Source: a virus. Taken from it: a DNA stretch of 64,000 nt. The position numbers and the translations under genes are program-made. Of the stretch, positions 29,511 through 39,536 are shown piece by piece. Numbering within the stretch: position 1 is the stretch's first letter; every line of letters starts with the position of its first letter. Location: the IMG/VR virus record IMGVR_UViG_3300047284_000378, one strand, 5' to 3'. The notes under the pieces are model-generated. The model was given only the letters and a program-made list of their open reading frames with translations. It ran no database searches and was not told the origin of the DNA.

Positions 29511-30094
29511 CCAGCAATATAAATTTCGCAGCAATCAATGAAAACTTCCCTGTGGCAGGGCAGGATAACGACACACAGGTGTTCAGAGATAATTTTGATA
29601 CAATCAAAACTAACTTTCAAACAGCCTACACAGAAATCACCGACCTACAGACCAACGTAGCTAGAACTGATTTAGACAACGATTTTAATTGGAAGATACA
29701 GAATCGTGCTGTTTTCCAAAATACCTACGAAGCCAAATTCGACGGCGGAACTATCACTACACCTCTAGTGGTAGATTTTGAAAACGGTAGCTATCAGATT
29801 TTTAGATTTGGTGCTAATACCACTGTAGAATTTTTAAATTTTCCAGACGACGATACTATTCCAGCTAGTCTAGGCAAGGTCACACTAGAACTATATGGAG
29901 ACGGTACATCTAGAACCATTACATTTACCACTTCCGGCGGAACTGTTCTTAAGAAATCTGCAGATTTTCCTGCACCATTTACAGTTATTAACTCAGAGGT
30001 TGCGGGCGGTGGTGGAAATCCCATACTCATCGAAGTATGGCGTCATAAAACTGATAGAATTTTCTTAAACTATCTAGGCACATTCAGTTCATAA
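29507..30094 (+). CDS. Virion structural protein (putative)
   Basis: N-terminal FRDNF..IK.NF coiled motif similar to neighbouring baseplate proteins. Confidence 0.55.
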   Translation: MTSNINFAAINENFPVAGQDNDTQVFRDNFDTIKTNFQTAYTEITDLQTNVARTDLDNDFNWKIQNRAVFQNTYEAKFDGGTITTPLVVDFENGSYQIFRFGANTTVEFLNFPDDDTIPASLGKVTLELYGDGTSRTITFTTSGGTVLKKSADFPAPFTVINSEVAGGGGNPILIEVWRHKTDRIFLNYLGTFSS

Positions 30095-30330
30095 TGTTTC
30101 ACCCCTTAGAAGAAGATCTATCCAAACTCACGGACTCTGAAGTAGAACAAAGAGTCCAAGATTTATCTAGAAAATACTTTGCAGCCCAACGTTTAGGGAA
30201 ACCTGAACTATTGACACAGATCGCTACTTTTGTTACAATATACAGAGAAGAAATGTCAAAGCGTTATAGAGAAAAAACTAAAAACGAGCTAGACGGCGAT
30301 TTGGATCAATTAATAAATGTCAATAACTAA
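30094..30330 (+). CDS. Hypothetical protein
   Basis: ORF track; TAATG overlap. Confidence 0.65.
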   Translation: MFHPLEEDLSKLTDSEVEQRVQDLSRKYFAAQRLGKPELLTQIATFVTIYREEMSKRYREKTKNELDGDLDQLINVNN

Positions 30331-30796
30331 ACAATCAGAAAACGATCTAATAGAAGGGGTCCTACGGCATGGCCCAAAAATCATAGAACGATGTTTAGCT
30401 GATCCCAACGACATTTTCTCTTATCTACAGAGAATAAATCAAGAACATCTGAGATATCCTGTTCCTAAAGATCAGTTAGATACTAGCCGCTGGTATATCC
30501 CCACAGAGTACGAAGAAATGGACATAGAGGGTTATTTGATCAGTCAATGTCCCAAAGAAAACTATGAGCGATTAATACAAGAAATTTCGCTATATAAACA
30601 GCACAATATGTTAATGGTTTTAAAAACCATGAAATATGTTATGGACACACTGAGATCTCAAGGTATCGTATGGGGTGTAGGACGTGGATCAAGTGTAGCC
30701 AGTTATGCGCTCTATTTACTGGGTGTCCACAAGATCGACAGTGTTAAATACAGCTTACCAATAGAAGAATTCTTTAAAGGAGATCAAAATGGGTAA
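30317..30796 (+). CDS. Stand-alone fragment homologous to DNA polymerase III alpha (DnaE) palm N-part
   Basis: WGVGRGSSVASYALYLLGVHKIDSVKYSLPIEEFF resembles DnaE GPGRGS..GSL..Y.L.IT..DP....L.FERF; stops before the PDFD catalytic motif. Confidence 0.7.
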   Translation: MSITKQSENDLIEGVLRHGPKIIERCLADPNDIFSYLQRINQEHLRYPVPKDQLDTSRWYIPTEYEEMDIEGYLISQCPKENYERLIQEISLYKQHNMLMVLKTMKYVMDTLRSQGIVWGVGRGSSVASYALYLLGVHKIDSVKYSLPIEEFFKGDQNG

Positions 30797-31019
30797 AACA
30801 CATACAAGCATGCAGGGCAAAGAAATTGATATGGAAAAACTAAACCTAATCAACGAACTAACTCCTGCGATCGGTAACATGAAAGTCAATGCCAGAGGGG
30901 ACGAACTAGGTCCTGGTGGCAAAATCGTGCGCACGAGAGAACAGATCCTCCAGGACTACTATCAAAATAATCCTAGAGCCATAAAAGAAGAAATCGCAAC
31001 TCGAGGCAGCAAGAGGTAA
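30789..31019 (+). CDS. Hypothetical protein
   Basis: ORF track with SD. Confidence 0.7.
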   Translation: MGKTHTSMQGKEIDMEKLNLINELTPAIGNMKVNARGDELGPGGKIVRTREQILQDYYQNNPRAIKEEIATRGSKR

Positions 31020-31022
31020 TAC

Positions 31023-31382
31023 ATGTCAACAGCCTATGATGTCAAGCATGTCAAAATCAAAGCGATCCACGATTGGGTCATTGTTTCCGACATGGATTTT
31101 GGAGAGATAACCACTGCTGCCGGTATTGTCTTAAGATCAGACAATGGTCAAGCACATGGCGTAAAACCAAGATGGGGTCGAGTCTACTGCGTAGGTCCCA
31201 AACAAACCGATGTAAAAGTTGGCGATTGGATTCTAATCGAACACGGACGTTGGACCAGAGCCATGCACATCAATGACGGTGAACGAGAACTCAAAGTACA
31301 CAGAGTCGACACCAATGGTATCATGGCTATTTCGGATACTGCTCCGAGTGCAGAAGATATCCTCATAGGAAATTCGGTCTAA
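31023..31382 (+). CDS. groES: Co-chaperonin GroES-like
   Basis: KAIHDWVIV, TTAAGIVL, VYCVGP, VKVGDWIL. Confidence 0.8.
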   Translation: MSTAYDVKHVKIKAIHDWVIVSDMDFGEITTAAGIVLRSDNGQAHGVKPRWGRVYCVGPKQTDVKVGDWILIEHGRWTRAMHINDGERELKVHRVDTNGIMAISDTAPSAEDILIGNSV

Positions 31383-31621
31383 TGGGTTTTAGAAAAAGCT
31401 GGGATGCTGCTGATATAGCCAATCAGATTCATGCGCTATCTCGTGAGTGTTCCAGCATGTACAACGATGGATTTACATCTTTCGAATATAAAAAAGATCT
31501 ATATCAACTTAAAAAAATCGTCGACGACGCTCTAGCAGAAGCTCCAGATTTTGGAGAAATAGAAAAACAGTGGTTGACAGAACAAGAAAAAAAGCGTATC
31601 ATTAAGATTCTAAAATCTTAA
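31382..31621 (+). CDS. Hypothetical protein
   Basis: ORF track. Confidence 0.65.
   Translation: MGFRKSWDAADIANQIHALSRECSSMYNDGFTSFEYKKDLYQLKKIVDDALAEAPDFGEIEKQWLTEQEKKRIIKILKS
31574..31602 (+). promoter_or_regulatory. sigma70 promoter for the clamp-loader operon
   Basis: TTGACA(31574-79)-17nt-TATCAT(31597-602). Confidence 0.65.
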
Positions 31622-31630
31622 GGAGATACG

Positions 31631-32035
31631 ATGACTAACCCCTTCCGCGACCAAGAAAAGTTCATGCGGGCCTGCGACCAAAGTGTTGATGGTTGGAATC
31701 TAGAACAATTTAATCTCTACGTCAAGTTGATTGACGAAGAATACAATGACGAATTAAAAGCAGCTATCGCCAATTGCGATCCTGTTGAAATCGTAGATGC
31801 ATTGACCGACATATTGGTGGTCACTATCGGCGCATTGCACAGTATGGGTGCGGATGCTGAAGGTGCATGGAAAGAAGTCATGCGCACTAACTTTGCCAAG
31901 ATCGATAAGGAAACTGGCAAGGTACGCAAGCGTGAAGATGGCAAGGTGCTCAAACCCCTAGGCTGGGAACCTCCCAATCTCAAAAATTTTACCAATAAAG
32001 AAACATCATTGCTCAAGCAAGGACTAGAAGGATGA
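31631..32035 (+). CDS. All-alpha NTP pyrophosphohydrolase (MazG/PRA-PH-like)
   Basis: LIDEE..EL, DALTDILVV, EVMRTNFAK, DGKVLKP.GW.PP. Confidence 0.8.
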   Translation: MTNPFRDQEKFMRACDQSVDGWNLEQFNLYVKLIDEEYNDELKAAIANCDPVEIVDALTDILVVTIGALHSMGADAEGAWKEVMRTNFAKIDKETGKVRKREDGKVLKPLGWEPPNLKNFTNKETSLLKQGLEG

Positions 32036-32472
32036 AGATCGGTTTTACCTGTTCAACCTTTGATCTGTTTCATGCAGGTCATATAATGATGCTCAAAGAA
32101 GCCAAGACGCAATGCGATCATTTGATAGTGGGATTACAAACAGATCCAACTATCGATCGGCCGGGTATCAAAAATAAACCCGTTCAATCAGTATTTGAAC
32201 GCTACGAACAACTCAAGGCCTGCAAGTATGTAGACGAAATTCTTGTCTACGAAACAGAAGAAGATCTTGTAAACATCTTGCTTTCATATCCTATTAATGT
32301 TAGAATACTAGGACAAGAGTACGAACACGAAGATTTTACAGGTAGACATGAATGTATGATGCGCTGCATTGAATTTTATTTCAACAAACGCGAACATAAC
32401 TTTTCAACCAGTGAATTACGTCAGCGAGTGATCGCCGCAGAGATAGATAAAAAATTAAAAGGTGAAGTATGA
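32032..32472 (+). CDS. Glycerol-3-phosphate cytidylyltransferase-like (HxGH nucleotidyltransferase)
   Basis: FDLFHAGH, ER.EQL.ACKYVDE, FSTSELR. Confidence 0.85.
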   Translation: MKIGFTCSTFDLFHAGHIMMLKEAKTQCDHLIVGLQTDPTIDRPGIKNKPVQSVFERYEQLKACKYVDEILVYETEEDLVNILLSYPINVRILGQEYEHEDFTGRHECMMRCIEFYFNKREHNFSTSELRQRVIAAEIDKKLKGEV

Positions 32473-32672
32473 CGATGGATCAAGCGGCTGTGTTTTTGGC
32501 CTGTAGTATTTTAGTAGGTATAGCCGCGATAATTATTTTTTCCACTGTCCTGATCGTGAATAATCTACTTCATAAGTATTGGAAGCCTTTTAATCTTTAT
32601 CGAATAGTAGATCCGAATTCTAGATTCGCCTACCCAGAAGAATTAGACACACTCAATAAGGATAAAAAATGA
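32469..32672 (+). CDS. Small membrane protein
   Basis: One hydrophobic helix. Confidence 0.6.
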   Translation: MTMDQAAVFLACSILVGIAAIIIFSTVLIVNNLLHKYWKPFNLYRIVDPNSRFAYPEELDTLNKDKK

Positions 32673-33583
32673 AAGAACTATGGGTTGAAAAATATCGACC
32701 TAAAAGCATAGAAGGTTATGTTTTCAGAGACGACCATCAACGTAAACAGATCGAAACGTGGATCAAAGATCAAAGTATTCCGCATCTGCTGCTTAGTGGT
32801 AGTGCGGGTATCGGAAAAACTACCCTGGCAAAAATACTCATACACGAACTGGGCATCGAAGATTATGATGTCCTAGAGATCAACGCTAGTCGCACAAACT
32901 CCGTAGAAGATGTCAGAGACAAGATCACAAACTTCGTGCAGATGATTCCGTTCGGACCCTTTAAGGTAGTGCTATTAGATGAAGCAGATTACTTATCCCC
33001 CAATGCCCAGGCCGCTCTACGTGGTGTTATGGAAGAATATCACGCAACCGCTAGATTTGTTCTTACTTGCAATTATCCTAATAGGATCATTCCTGCCATC
33101 CATTCTAGGTGTCAAGGATTTCACGTTGAACGGACTGATATCACTGAGTTTACTGCCCGTGTCGCTACTATTTTGGTCGAGGAAGCTGTAGAGTTTGATC
33201 TTGATACACTAGATAACTATGTCAAGGTCACATATCCCGATCTGCGTAAATGTATTAATCTGGTACAACAAAATGTCAACGAAGGTAAGTTGAACCCTCC
33301 TAATAAGGGAGACAGCGGAGAAGCTGATTGGAAGTTTGACATGGTTGAACTTTTCAAGGCAGGTAAAATTCAAGAAGCACGTAAACTACTCTGTGGTAAA
33401 CTACGTGCTGAAGAAATGGAAGAAGTCTATCGTTGGCTCTATGACAACATCGACATATTTGGCAGCGAGGATAATCAAGACAAGGCCATATTGATCATCA
33501 AGCAAGGTCTTGTAGATCATACGTTGGTTGTTGATTCCGAGATTAACCTAGCTGCTGTACTGATTAAATTGGCCAGACTCTAA
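32669..33583 (+). CDS. Clamp loader AAA+ subunit (T4 gp44/RFC small-like)
   Basis: [27 protein letters not shown] motifs. Confidence 0.95.
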   Translation: MKELWVEKYRPKSIEGYVFRDDHQRKQIETWIKDQSIPHLLLSGSAGIGKTTLAKILIHELGIEDYDVLEINASRTNSVEDVRDKITNFVQMIPFGPFKVVLLDEADYLSPNAQAALRGVMEEYHATARFVLTCNYPNRIIPAIHSRCQGFHVERTDITEFTARVATILVEEAVEFDLDTLDNYVKVTYPDLRKCINLVQQNVNEGKLNPPNKGDSGEADWKFDMVELFKAGKIQEARKLLCGKLRAEEMEEVYRWLYDNIDIFGSEDNQDKAILIIKQGLVDHTLVVDSEINLAAVLIKLARL

Positions 33584-33906
33584 TGAGCTATCTAGTTACT
33601 GAAAACTGTATCAAGTGTAAACATACTGATTGTGTCAATGTATGTCCTGTGGACTGTTTCTACGAAGGACCAAATTTTCTCGCCATCAATCCTGACGAAT
33701 GTATAGACTGCGGAGTCTGTGTTCCCGAATGCCCTATTGATGCTATCAAGTCTGATTCAGATAAAACCATCGATGGAATTTTTTGGACAGACCTTAATCG
33801 AAAACTCAGTCTTAAATGGCCTAATATAACTAGGTCTAAATCTCCATTGCCTGATCATAAAGAGTGGACAGATAAGCCCGATAAGCTCCAGCATCTAGAA
33901 GAATGA
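33583..33906 (+). CDS. fdxA: 7Fe/8Fe ferredoxin (FdxA type)
   Basis: [17 protein letters not shown] and [12 protein letters not shown]. Confidence 0.9.
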   Translation: MSYLVTENCIKCKHTDCVNVCPVDCFYEGPNFLAINPDECIDCGVCVPECPIDAIKSDSDKTIDGIFWTDLNRKLSLKWPNITRSKSPLPDHKEWTDKPDKLQHLEE

Positions 33907-34391
33907 CCGATAAAGAAAGCAATGTCGCCAAAGGCAAAGACAGCTACGATGCCAACATCGGAGACAGTCTAGTAGCTTTCTTTAATCGAAATGTCACTGC
34001 CTATCCCACTGAGGTAGGTGGTCCTGCTTTTGATTTAATTCCTGTAGAAAAACAAAAAGATATCATGATAAATGTTGCTCGTATGCACGGGCAACAGGAA
34101 TATAATCGTATCATGGAACTTGTTGTTGTTTTGCAAAAACAAGCAGCCAGTATCAAACGTAGATTAGAAATCACAGACTGGGTTCATGCTGCCAAGTATC
34201 AGTTTCAGATCGCTCACGGTCAATGCTATTGGCTAGCCTTCGACACAAGAAAAGGCGGAACTCTACTGACCATGCATGGTCCAAACGACTGGAGTACTGG
34301 TGTACCCGATAACTACGATTACATCTGTAGAGTAAAATGGTTAGGTGATTATACCTGGATGGAAGTAGACGAAGAAGGAAATCCCATATAA
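33903..34391 (+). CDS. Hypothetical protein (DUF2452-like)
   Basis: [15 protein letters not shown] region recalled as similar to this family; not verified. Confidence 0.5.
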   Translation: MTDKESNVAKGKDSYDANIGDSLVAFFNRNVTAYPTEVGGPAFDLIPVEKQKDIMINVARMHGQQEYNRIMELVVVLQKQAASIKRRLEITDWVHAAKYQFQIAHGQCYWLAFDTRKGGTLLTMHGPNDWSTGVPDNYDYICRVKWLGDYTWMEVDEEGNPI

Positions 34392-34627
34392 TGAGATATA
34401 TGATCGTGACCTATATCAAAAGGCCCGACGGCAAGTATGACGAACTTACCGAGTTTAAAAATAGTGTGAAACTAAAACACTATCAAAGTGCCAAGGTAAT
34501 TCTTGACTTCAAGAAAAAACAATGTTTAAAAAACGGTCTAAATTCTCAAGCATCATATCACGACATGATCGAGTTTTATAAGAGAATGCTAGGGGATCGT
34601 TTGACCCCCTACCTCCCTAAAGATTAA
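34391..34627 (+). CDS. Hypothetical protein
   Basis: ORF track. Confidence 0.6.
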   Translation: MRYMIVTYIKRPDGKYDELTEFKNSVKLKHYQSAKVILDFKKKQCLKNGLNSQASYHDMIEFYKRMLGDRLTPYLPKD

Positions 34628-35355
34628 GAATCACCGTAGATTGCTAAGATCTCCTTTACCGCCTCGTGGCGTTCAATGTCACCTATGTCAAAGTGACAAA
34701 TATCAACATATCTATGATTTGCAAAGTTGTTATACAACTTGAGGAACTCTAACAGACCATTATTTGATGGTCGGTCTGCTTGTTGCAAATCACCCGTTAC
34801 GATCATCTTCGATCCTTGACCTAACCTAGTAAGCAGCATTTTCATTTGACTAGGTGTAGCGTTCTGCATTTCATCAGCTATGATGACTGCGTTCTTGAAT
34901 GTTCGGCCTCTCATATATGCTAGAGGACTGGTTTCAATCACCCCCTCGGTTATCATGTTAGTAATTTCTCTAGCATTGTAGTTTTCAGAGAAAACGTCCA
35001 TTATAGGCTTAGTCCAGGGCTCCATCTTTTGATTAAGATCTCCAGGTAAAAACCCATGTTGTTCATCTACTGAGACTGCGGGTCTTGTAATAACGATCTT
35101 AGTAGCTTCTCCATACTTGAGCTGATCTATAGCCCACTGTACCGCCAGCATTGTTTTACCCGTGCCGGCAGGACCTATGGCAAAAACAATCATTTTTTGC
35201 TGGTCATTTAGCTTGAGTAAGTACGATTCTTGGTTGAGGTTTTTAGGATAGATCTGGATTCTAGGTCTACGTTGATGGGGTTTTTCTACTAATTTTATTA
35301 CATTAGACTCTTCTTGATAAGAGTTAGCCTTCAGTGCTGCTCTTCGTCTTTTCAT
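34624..35355 (-). CDS. phoH: PhoH-family ATPase
   Basis: GPAGTGKT, ITRPAV, GFLPG, YMRGRT, DEMQN, TGD.QQ.D. Confidence 0.95.
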   Translation of the reverse strand: MKRRRAALKANSYQEESNVIKLVEKPHQRRPRIQIYPKNLNQESYLLKLNDQQKMIVFAIGPAGTGKTMLAVQWAIDQLKYGEATKIVITRPAVSVDEQHGFLPGDLNQKMEPWTKPIMDVFSENYNAREITNMITEGVIETSPLAYMRGRTFKNAVIIADEMQNATPSQMKMLLTRLGQGSKMIVTGDLQQADRPSNNGLLEFLKLYNNFANHRYVDICHFDIGDIERHEAVKEILAIYGDS

Positions 35356-35378
35356 ATAAGGTTAGCCCTCCTTTTTAA

Positions 35379-35421
35379 GTGCTAGGCACGGACCTTTGAC
35401 CGTTGTGCCCGTACCGAGCAC
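35379..35421 (-). promoter_or_regulatory. Structured 5' leader hairpin of phoH
   Basis: GTGCT/AGCAC and GGGCAC/GTGCCT nested stems between the late promoter (35427-32) and the SD. Confidence 0.5.
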
Positions 35422-35499
35422 ATGAGTATTTAACAGTCTGGGCAAAAATTTAAATGATATGTTTAAGTTTTTGACTGATAAATACATTTGGGAGAAATT

Positions 35500-36030
35500 A
35501 TGGCTGATATTAAAGACATTATTAGTAACATAGAACAGATCTACGGCTCTAACAATAGCTTAAATTTGCTCAAAGATTTTGAGAGAGTTATAGATGAGTT
35601 AGATATCTATGTCTACGACAACTGGCTAGACGGAGAGCTAGTTGCAGGGCCCAGAGAATCACGCTATTTCGTAGAATGCACGTTCATGTGGCCTAAAGAA
35701 AATATGCCAGAGCCCAAGGGCGGTGTTAGATTATTAGACTACGGATGCAAAGTTCAGATCGCGGAATCAAAGCTGGCCAAGGTTCGTAGAATTAAAAAAC
35801 CCGACGACATACGTCCTGGAACTAAAAAAGGAAAAATAGATCACGAAGATATCTGGTTGGTCAAGATAACTATTCCTAAAAAATTAATGAATGATATCAA
35901 TCGAGGATATAGGAATCTCGATAAGAATAAAGTTGAAGATATACTGAATCTCAGTGGTGTAGTTTCTCAAACTACTGATCAAACCGCAGCAGCACAGGAA
36001 ACAGCAAATGCAGAACAACCAGCAGCTTAA
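35500..36030 (+). CDS. Conserved late protein of unknown function
   Basis: TAAATA 35479-84, SD GGAG, ATG 35500. Confidence 0.7.
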   Translation: MADIKDIISNIEQIYGSNNSLNLLKDFERVIDELDIYVYDNWLDGELVAGPRESRYFVECTFMWPKENMPEPKGGVRLLDYGCKVQIAESKLAKVRRIKKPDDIRPGTKKGKIDHEDIWLVKITIPKKLMNDINRGYRNLDKNKVEDILNLSGVVSQTTDQTAAAQETANAEQPAA

Positions 36031-36751
36031 TGAAGGTCTGAGATCTAAGGATCTCGAAAACATGATCAAACCTCTATTGACCATAGATACTTTTAGATCT
36101 AAGATGGGGGAGGATCGTGATGTCTGTGTTGTCAGTGTTGTGGCCAAAGACCGTAATCCTGCTAAAGACCTAATGGAATTTATCGAGAAAGGTTATAACT
36201 TCGTTTTAGATTCAGATGTTGCTTCGGGAGAAAATACTGACGGCGAATATGTAGTTTTTATAGAGTTGGCCAGAACACCTGAGCTCGCTGAACAAATACG
36301 AGAACTTACCTACGGTATTAAGAAACTCACAGGCATGAACGAATTTAAATTCAAGTATCATAAAAAAGAAGGCGTCCACGATCTTACAGAAGAAAGTTTA
36401 AAATCAGTGATACCTGCTACTCCTAGCATGTATGATAGCTTTCTCAATAATGTCAAGACAGAAGAAGTGAAAAAATTCTTTAGTAAGACGCTAATGGACG
36501 ATCTCAAATTAGATAAGGATATCATTACCATATACAAACCATTTGATAAGGTACTGAAATTTAAAATTGTAGATGAGTCAGATTCTGTACTAGAAAATAT
36601 CGAAGGACCTGTGTCTATCGATGACAAATCTATGAGTGAAATTTTTTGGTTGACTAAAGTATTAGGCGACTATGGCATCAACAAAGTTGATCAAAATTTT
36701 GTTTTGCATAACGGAAAACAAACTATGTTATTACAAAGGATCGAACAATGA
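36008..36751 (+). CDS. Late hypothetical protein
   Basis: ORF track; N-terminal QLNE-G motif. Confidence 0.7.
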   Translation: MQNNQQLNEGLRSKDLENMIKPLLTIDTFRSKMGEDRDVCVVSVVAKDRNPAKDLMEFIEKGYNFVLDSDVASGENTDGEYVVFIELARTPELAEQIRELTYGIKKLTGMNEFKFKYHKKEGVHDLTEESLKSVIPATPSMYDSFLNNVKTEEVKKFFSKTLMDDLKLDKDIITIYKPFDKVLKFKIVDESDSVLENIEGPVSIDDKSMSEIFWLTKVLGDYGINKVDQNFVLHNGKQTMLLQRIEQ

Positions 36752-37377
36752 GTTTTACATTCAACTTCAGCAGAGAACAATTAAAGGAAATGATTCCAAA
36801 GAACCCCTATATCGATCAATGGTATCAGGCTCTTTCAGAAATACTACCGGAGTACGGAATCAATACTCCACAGCGTGTAGCAGCTTTTCTAGCACAGTGC
36901 GCCCATGAATCCGGTGGCTTTGTTTTCTTGAAAGAAAACTTAAACTACAAGGCAGCAAGCCTACGCAAGGTATTTCCTAAGTATTTTCCAGATGATGCAA
37001 CCGCTGCGGCATACGCTAACAAGCCAGAAATGATCGCCAACAGAGTCTATGCGAATCGTATGGGCAACGGAGACGAGGCTTCAGGAGATGGCTTCCGTTA
37101 CTGCGGTCGTGGATTGATTCAATTAACCGGTAAAGACAACTATACATTCTTTGCTGCGTCTTTAGATATTCCTGTTGAAGAAGCCAGCGAATATCTGCAG
37201 ACATTCGAAGGTGCTGTACAGTCGGCCTGTTTCTTCTGGGAGCAGAACAATTTGAATACCTGGGCAGACAAAGGTGATATCCTTACATTGACCAAACGCA
37301 TCAATGGTGGTACCATTGGTTTAGAAGATCGTATCAAACATTATAACCACGCATTACATATCTTTGGAGCACACTAA
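36748..37377 (+). CDS. Glycoside hydrolase family 19 endolysin
   Basis: FLAQCAHESGGF, GRGLIQLTGKDNY, INGG..GLEDR. Confidence 0.9.
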   Translation: MSFTFNFSREQLKEMIPKNPYIDQWYQALSEILPEYGINTPQRVAAFLAQCAHESGGFVFLKENLNYKAASLRKVFPKYFPDDATAAAYANKPEMIANRVYANRMGNGDEASGDGFRYCGRGLIQLTGKDNYTFFAASLDIPVEEASEYLQTFEGAVQSACFFWEQNNLNTWADKGDILTLTKRINGGTIGLEDRIKHYNHALHIFGAH

Positions 37378-37379
37378 TC

Positions 37380-37892
37380 ATGTGGATGTTGAGCTTTATT
37401 CCTGACAGTTTTCTATTGTATATAATCAATACGATACTGATCGTTGGTGCAGTCGGCTCATTCTTATCATTCTTTGTTATCAATAGAATACTGCGCTGGT
37501 TCCCAGCACTTTCTCCCTATTACCTAATATTACAGGTAGTCAGCGCAGCTCTATTGGTAGCAGGATTATTTTTCAAAGGCGGTTACAGTGTCGAGATGGA
37601 ATGGCGAGAAAAGGTTCGAGCACTCGAAGAACAGATCAAGATCGCCGAAGAACGTGCCAACACCAAAAATGTAGAAATACAAACTAAGATAGTTGAAAAA
37701 ACCAAGGTAATCAAAGAAAAGGCCAAGACACAGATCGAATATGTAGACAGAGTGATAACCCAGGACAAAGAAGTAGTCAAGTATATTGAAAACTGTCCTA
37801 TTCCCAAGATCATCGTCGACGAACATAATAAAGCAGCTACTCCACCGGAAGTCATCAAACAACTCAATGACGCAGCGGAGAACAAAAAATGA
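37380..37892 (+). CDS. Membrane protein with periplasmic coiled coil (i-spanin/Rz-like)
   Basis: N-terminal TM helices then coiled coil; follows endolysin. Confidence 0.6.
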   Translation: MWMLSFIPDSFLLYIINTILIVGAVGSFLSFFVINRILRWFPALSPYYLILQVVSAALLVAGLFFKGGYSVEMEWREKVRALEEQIKIAEERANTKNVEIQTKIVEKTKVIKEKAKTQIEYVDRVITQDKEVVKYIENCPIPKIIVDEHNKAATPPEVIKQLNDAAENKK

Positions 37893-38155
37893 AACTAGCA
37901 TATCTACTGGTAGTATTGGGTCTTGCAGGCTGCGCGACATCTGTGCCCGTTAAACAAAAATTTCCAGAAGTGCCAAAGGCCTTAACTGAAAAATGTGAAA
38001 ACCTTAAAAAGGTCGAGGGCGACAAAGTTGCCATTACAGAAATGCTAAAAGTTATCGTAGAAAACTACGCACTTTATTATGAATGTTCTACCAAAGTAGA
38101 CGGTTGGAACGAATGGTATGTAGAGCAGAAAAAAATACACGAGAGTGTTAAATAA
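37889..38155 (+). CDS. Lipoprotein (o-spanin/Rz1-like)
   Basis: Lipobox LAGC, Pro-rich mature N-terminus, extra Cys. Confidence 0.65.
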   Translation: MKLAYLLVVLGLAGCATSVPVKQKFPEVPKALTEKCENLKKVEGDKVAITEMLKVIVENYALYYECSTKVDGWNEWYVEQKKIHESVK

Positions 38156-38156
38156 G

Positions 38157-38426
38157 ATGAAAGCAATTATCGTATCAGTTTTTTGCCTAACTCTAGCAGG
38201 ATGTGCTACCACTAACAATGATTATCAAATCTATGTAGAAGCACAAAAATCTATTTCCAAAGATTTGACAATAACTGAAGCAGCTAGACTTAATGCTCTT
38301 ATAGAAATGACTAAAAGCAGTGATGCGTCTGTAAGAGCCACAGCTATTATGCAGCTACAGAATTTGCAGCAACACAGTAAACAGGTGGTAATTGATCCGC
38401 CTAAGAAAAACATTCTTGGATTTTAA
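38157..38426 (+). CDS. Second lipoprotein in the lysis cassette
   Basis: Lipobox LAGC; start reassigned to ATG 38157. Confidence 0.7.
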   Translation: MKAIIVSVFCLTLAGCATTNNDYQIYVEAQKSISKDLTITEAARLNALIEMTKSSDASVRATAIMQLQNLQQHSKQVVIDPPKKNILGF

Positions 38427-38437
38427 AGGAGCGCCAG

Positions 38438-39001
38438 ATGGCATTACACGACTCAATCTTGAAATTAATTACTAAAGAACCAAAAGACGACAGCGCACCA
38501 AAGCCTCCAGTAGGCAGTCGCAGTGAGCGTGAAGCAAAGATCAAAGACAAAGCAGGTATGGTTATTTCCGTGTTTGCTTTGTTCCTAGCAGTAAACTCAT
38601 GGTATGGTGGCAAATTGTCCAGTACAGTATTAAACAATACGCTAGGTGCTAACAATGCTTGGGCACAATATCAAGCGAAAAACAATAGATTAGTTAGTTA
38701 TGAAATCGCATCTAAAACAACCAGCGATCCTGTGCTAAAGAAAGAGTTCAAAGCAGAAGCAGAACGTATGGATACAGACAAGAAAGAAATCGCTGTCAAT
38801 GCACGTAAAATGGAGGCAGACAGGGAATTAGCAAAGAAATCTAGTCCATGGATCGGATATGCATCAACCGCATATCAGTTGGCCATTGTTGTTCTATCAG
38901 CAAGTATCCTTGCTGTTAGCATGCCAATGTTTTGGAGTAGTTTTGCAGTAGCAGGAGTAGGATTGTTATTATCAGCCAACGGTTTATTCCTTTGGTTTTA
39001 A
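38438..39001 (+). CDS. Membrane protein (DUF4337-like)
   Basis: TM - helical periplasmic part (WAQYQAK) - two TM. Confidence 0.55.
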   Translation: MALHDSILKLITKEPKDDSAPKPPVGSRSEREAKIKDKAGMVISVFALFLAVNSWYGGKLSSTVLNNTLGANNAWAQYQAKNNRLVSYEIASKTTSDPVLKKEFKAEAERMDTDKKEIAVNARKMEADRELAKKSSPWIGYASTAYQLAIVVLSASILAVSMPMFWSSFAVAGVGLLLSANGLFLWF

Positions 39002-39020
39002 ATTTGCATAGGAGCGACAT

Positions 39021-39536
39021 ATGACAGATAAGGTAGAATTAAGCGCGAGCGAACAAAAGAAAGAAGATTGGATGAACAGTAAATGGCGTCCAATGATGGG
39101 ATGGATGTATATGGTTGTATGTACCATGGACATGGTAATATTTCCTATTCTATGGAGTCTATTACAAACATTTACTCATTCACCGATCACACAATGGAAT
39201 CCGTTGACACTTCAAGGTGCAGGATTATTCCATATCGCTATGGGTGCGGTACTAGGACTTGCAGCTTGGGGACGTACACAAGAAAAACTAGGGGGAGCTA
39301 ACAATGGCGGATTACAACCCGTATCACAGAGTGTCACAACAACATTTGGCTCTGCTCCAACAACACCGAGCACATTCGGCGCACCAGCTTCGACAGGTTT
39401 CGGAGCACCAAGTGCCCCAAGTAGCTTTGGCGGAGGCAGCTTTGGAAGCACACCTCGCCCAACAGCGCCAGCAGCACCGATGATGAGTAGCAGCGGTAAA
39501 CCAATGCCGTTTCAACCCGATCAACCCGAACTATAA
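39021..39536 (+). CDS. Holin (GTA 3TM-holin-like) with Pro/Ser/Gly-rich tail
   Basis: KWRPMMGWMY motif, TM helices, lysis context. Confidence 0.65.
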   Translation: MTDKVELSASEQKKEDWMNSKWRPMMGWMYMVVCTMDMVIFPILWSLLQTFTHSPITQWNPLTLQGAGLFHIAMGAVLGLAAWGRTQEKLGGANNGGLQPVSQSVTTTFGSAPTTPSTFGAPASTGFGAPSAPSSFGGGSFGSTPRPTAPAAPMMSSSGKPMPFQPDQPEL

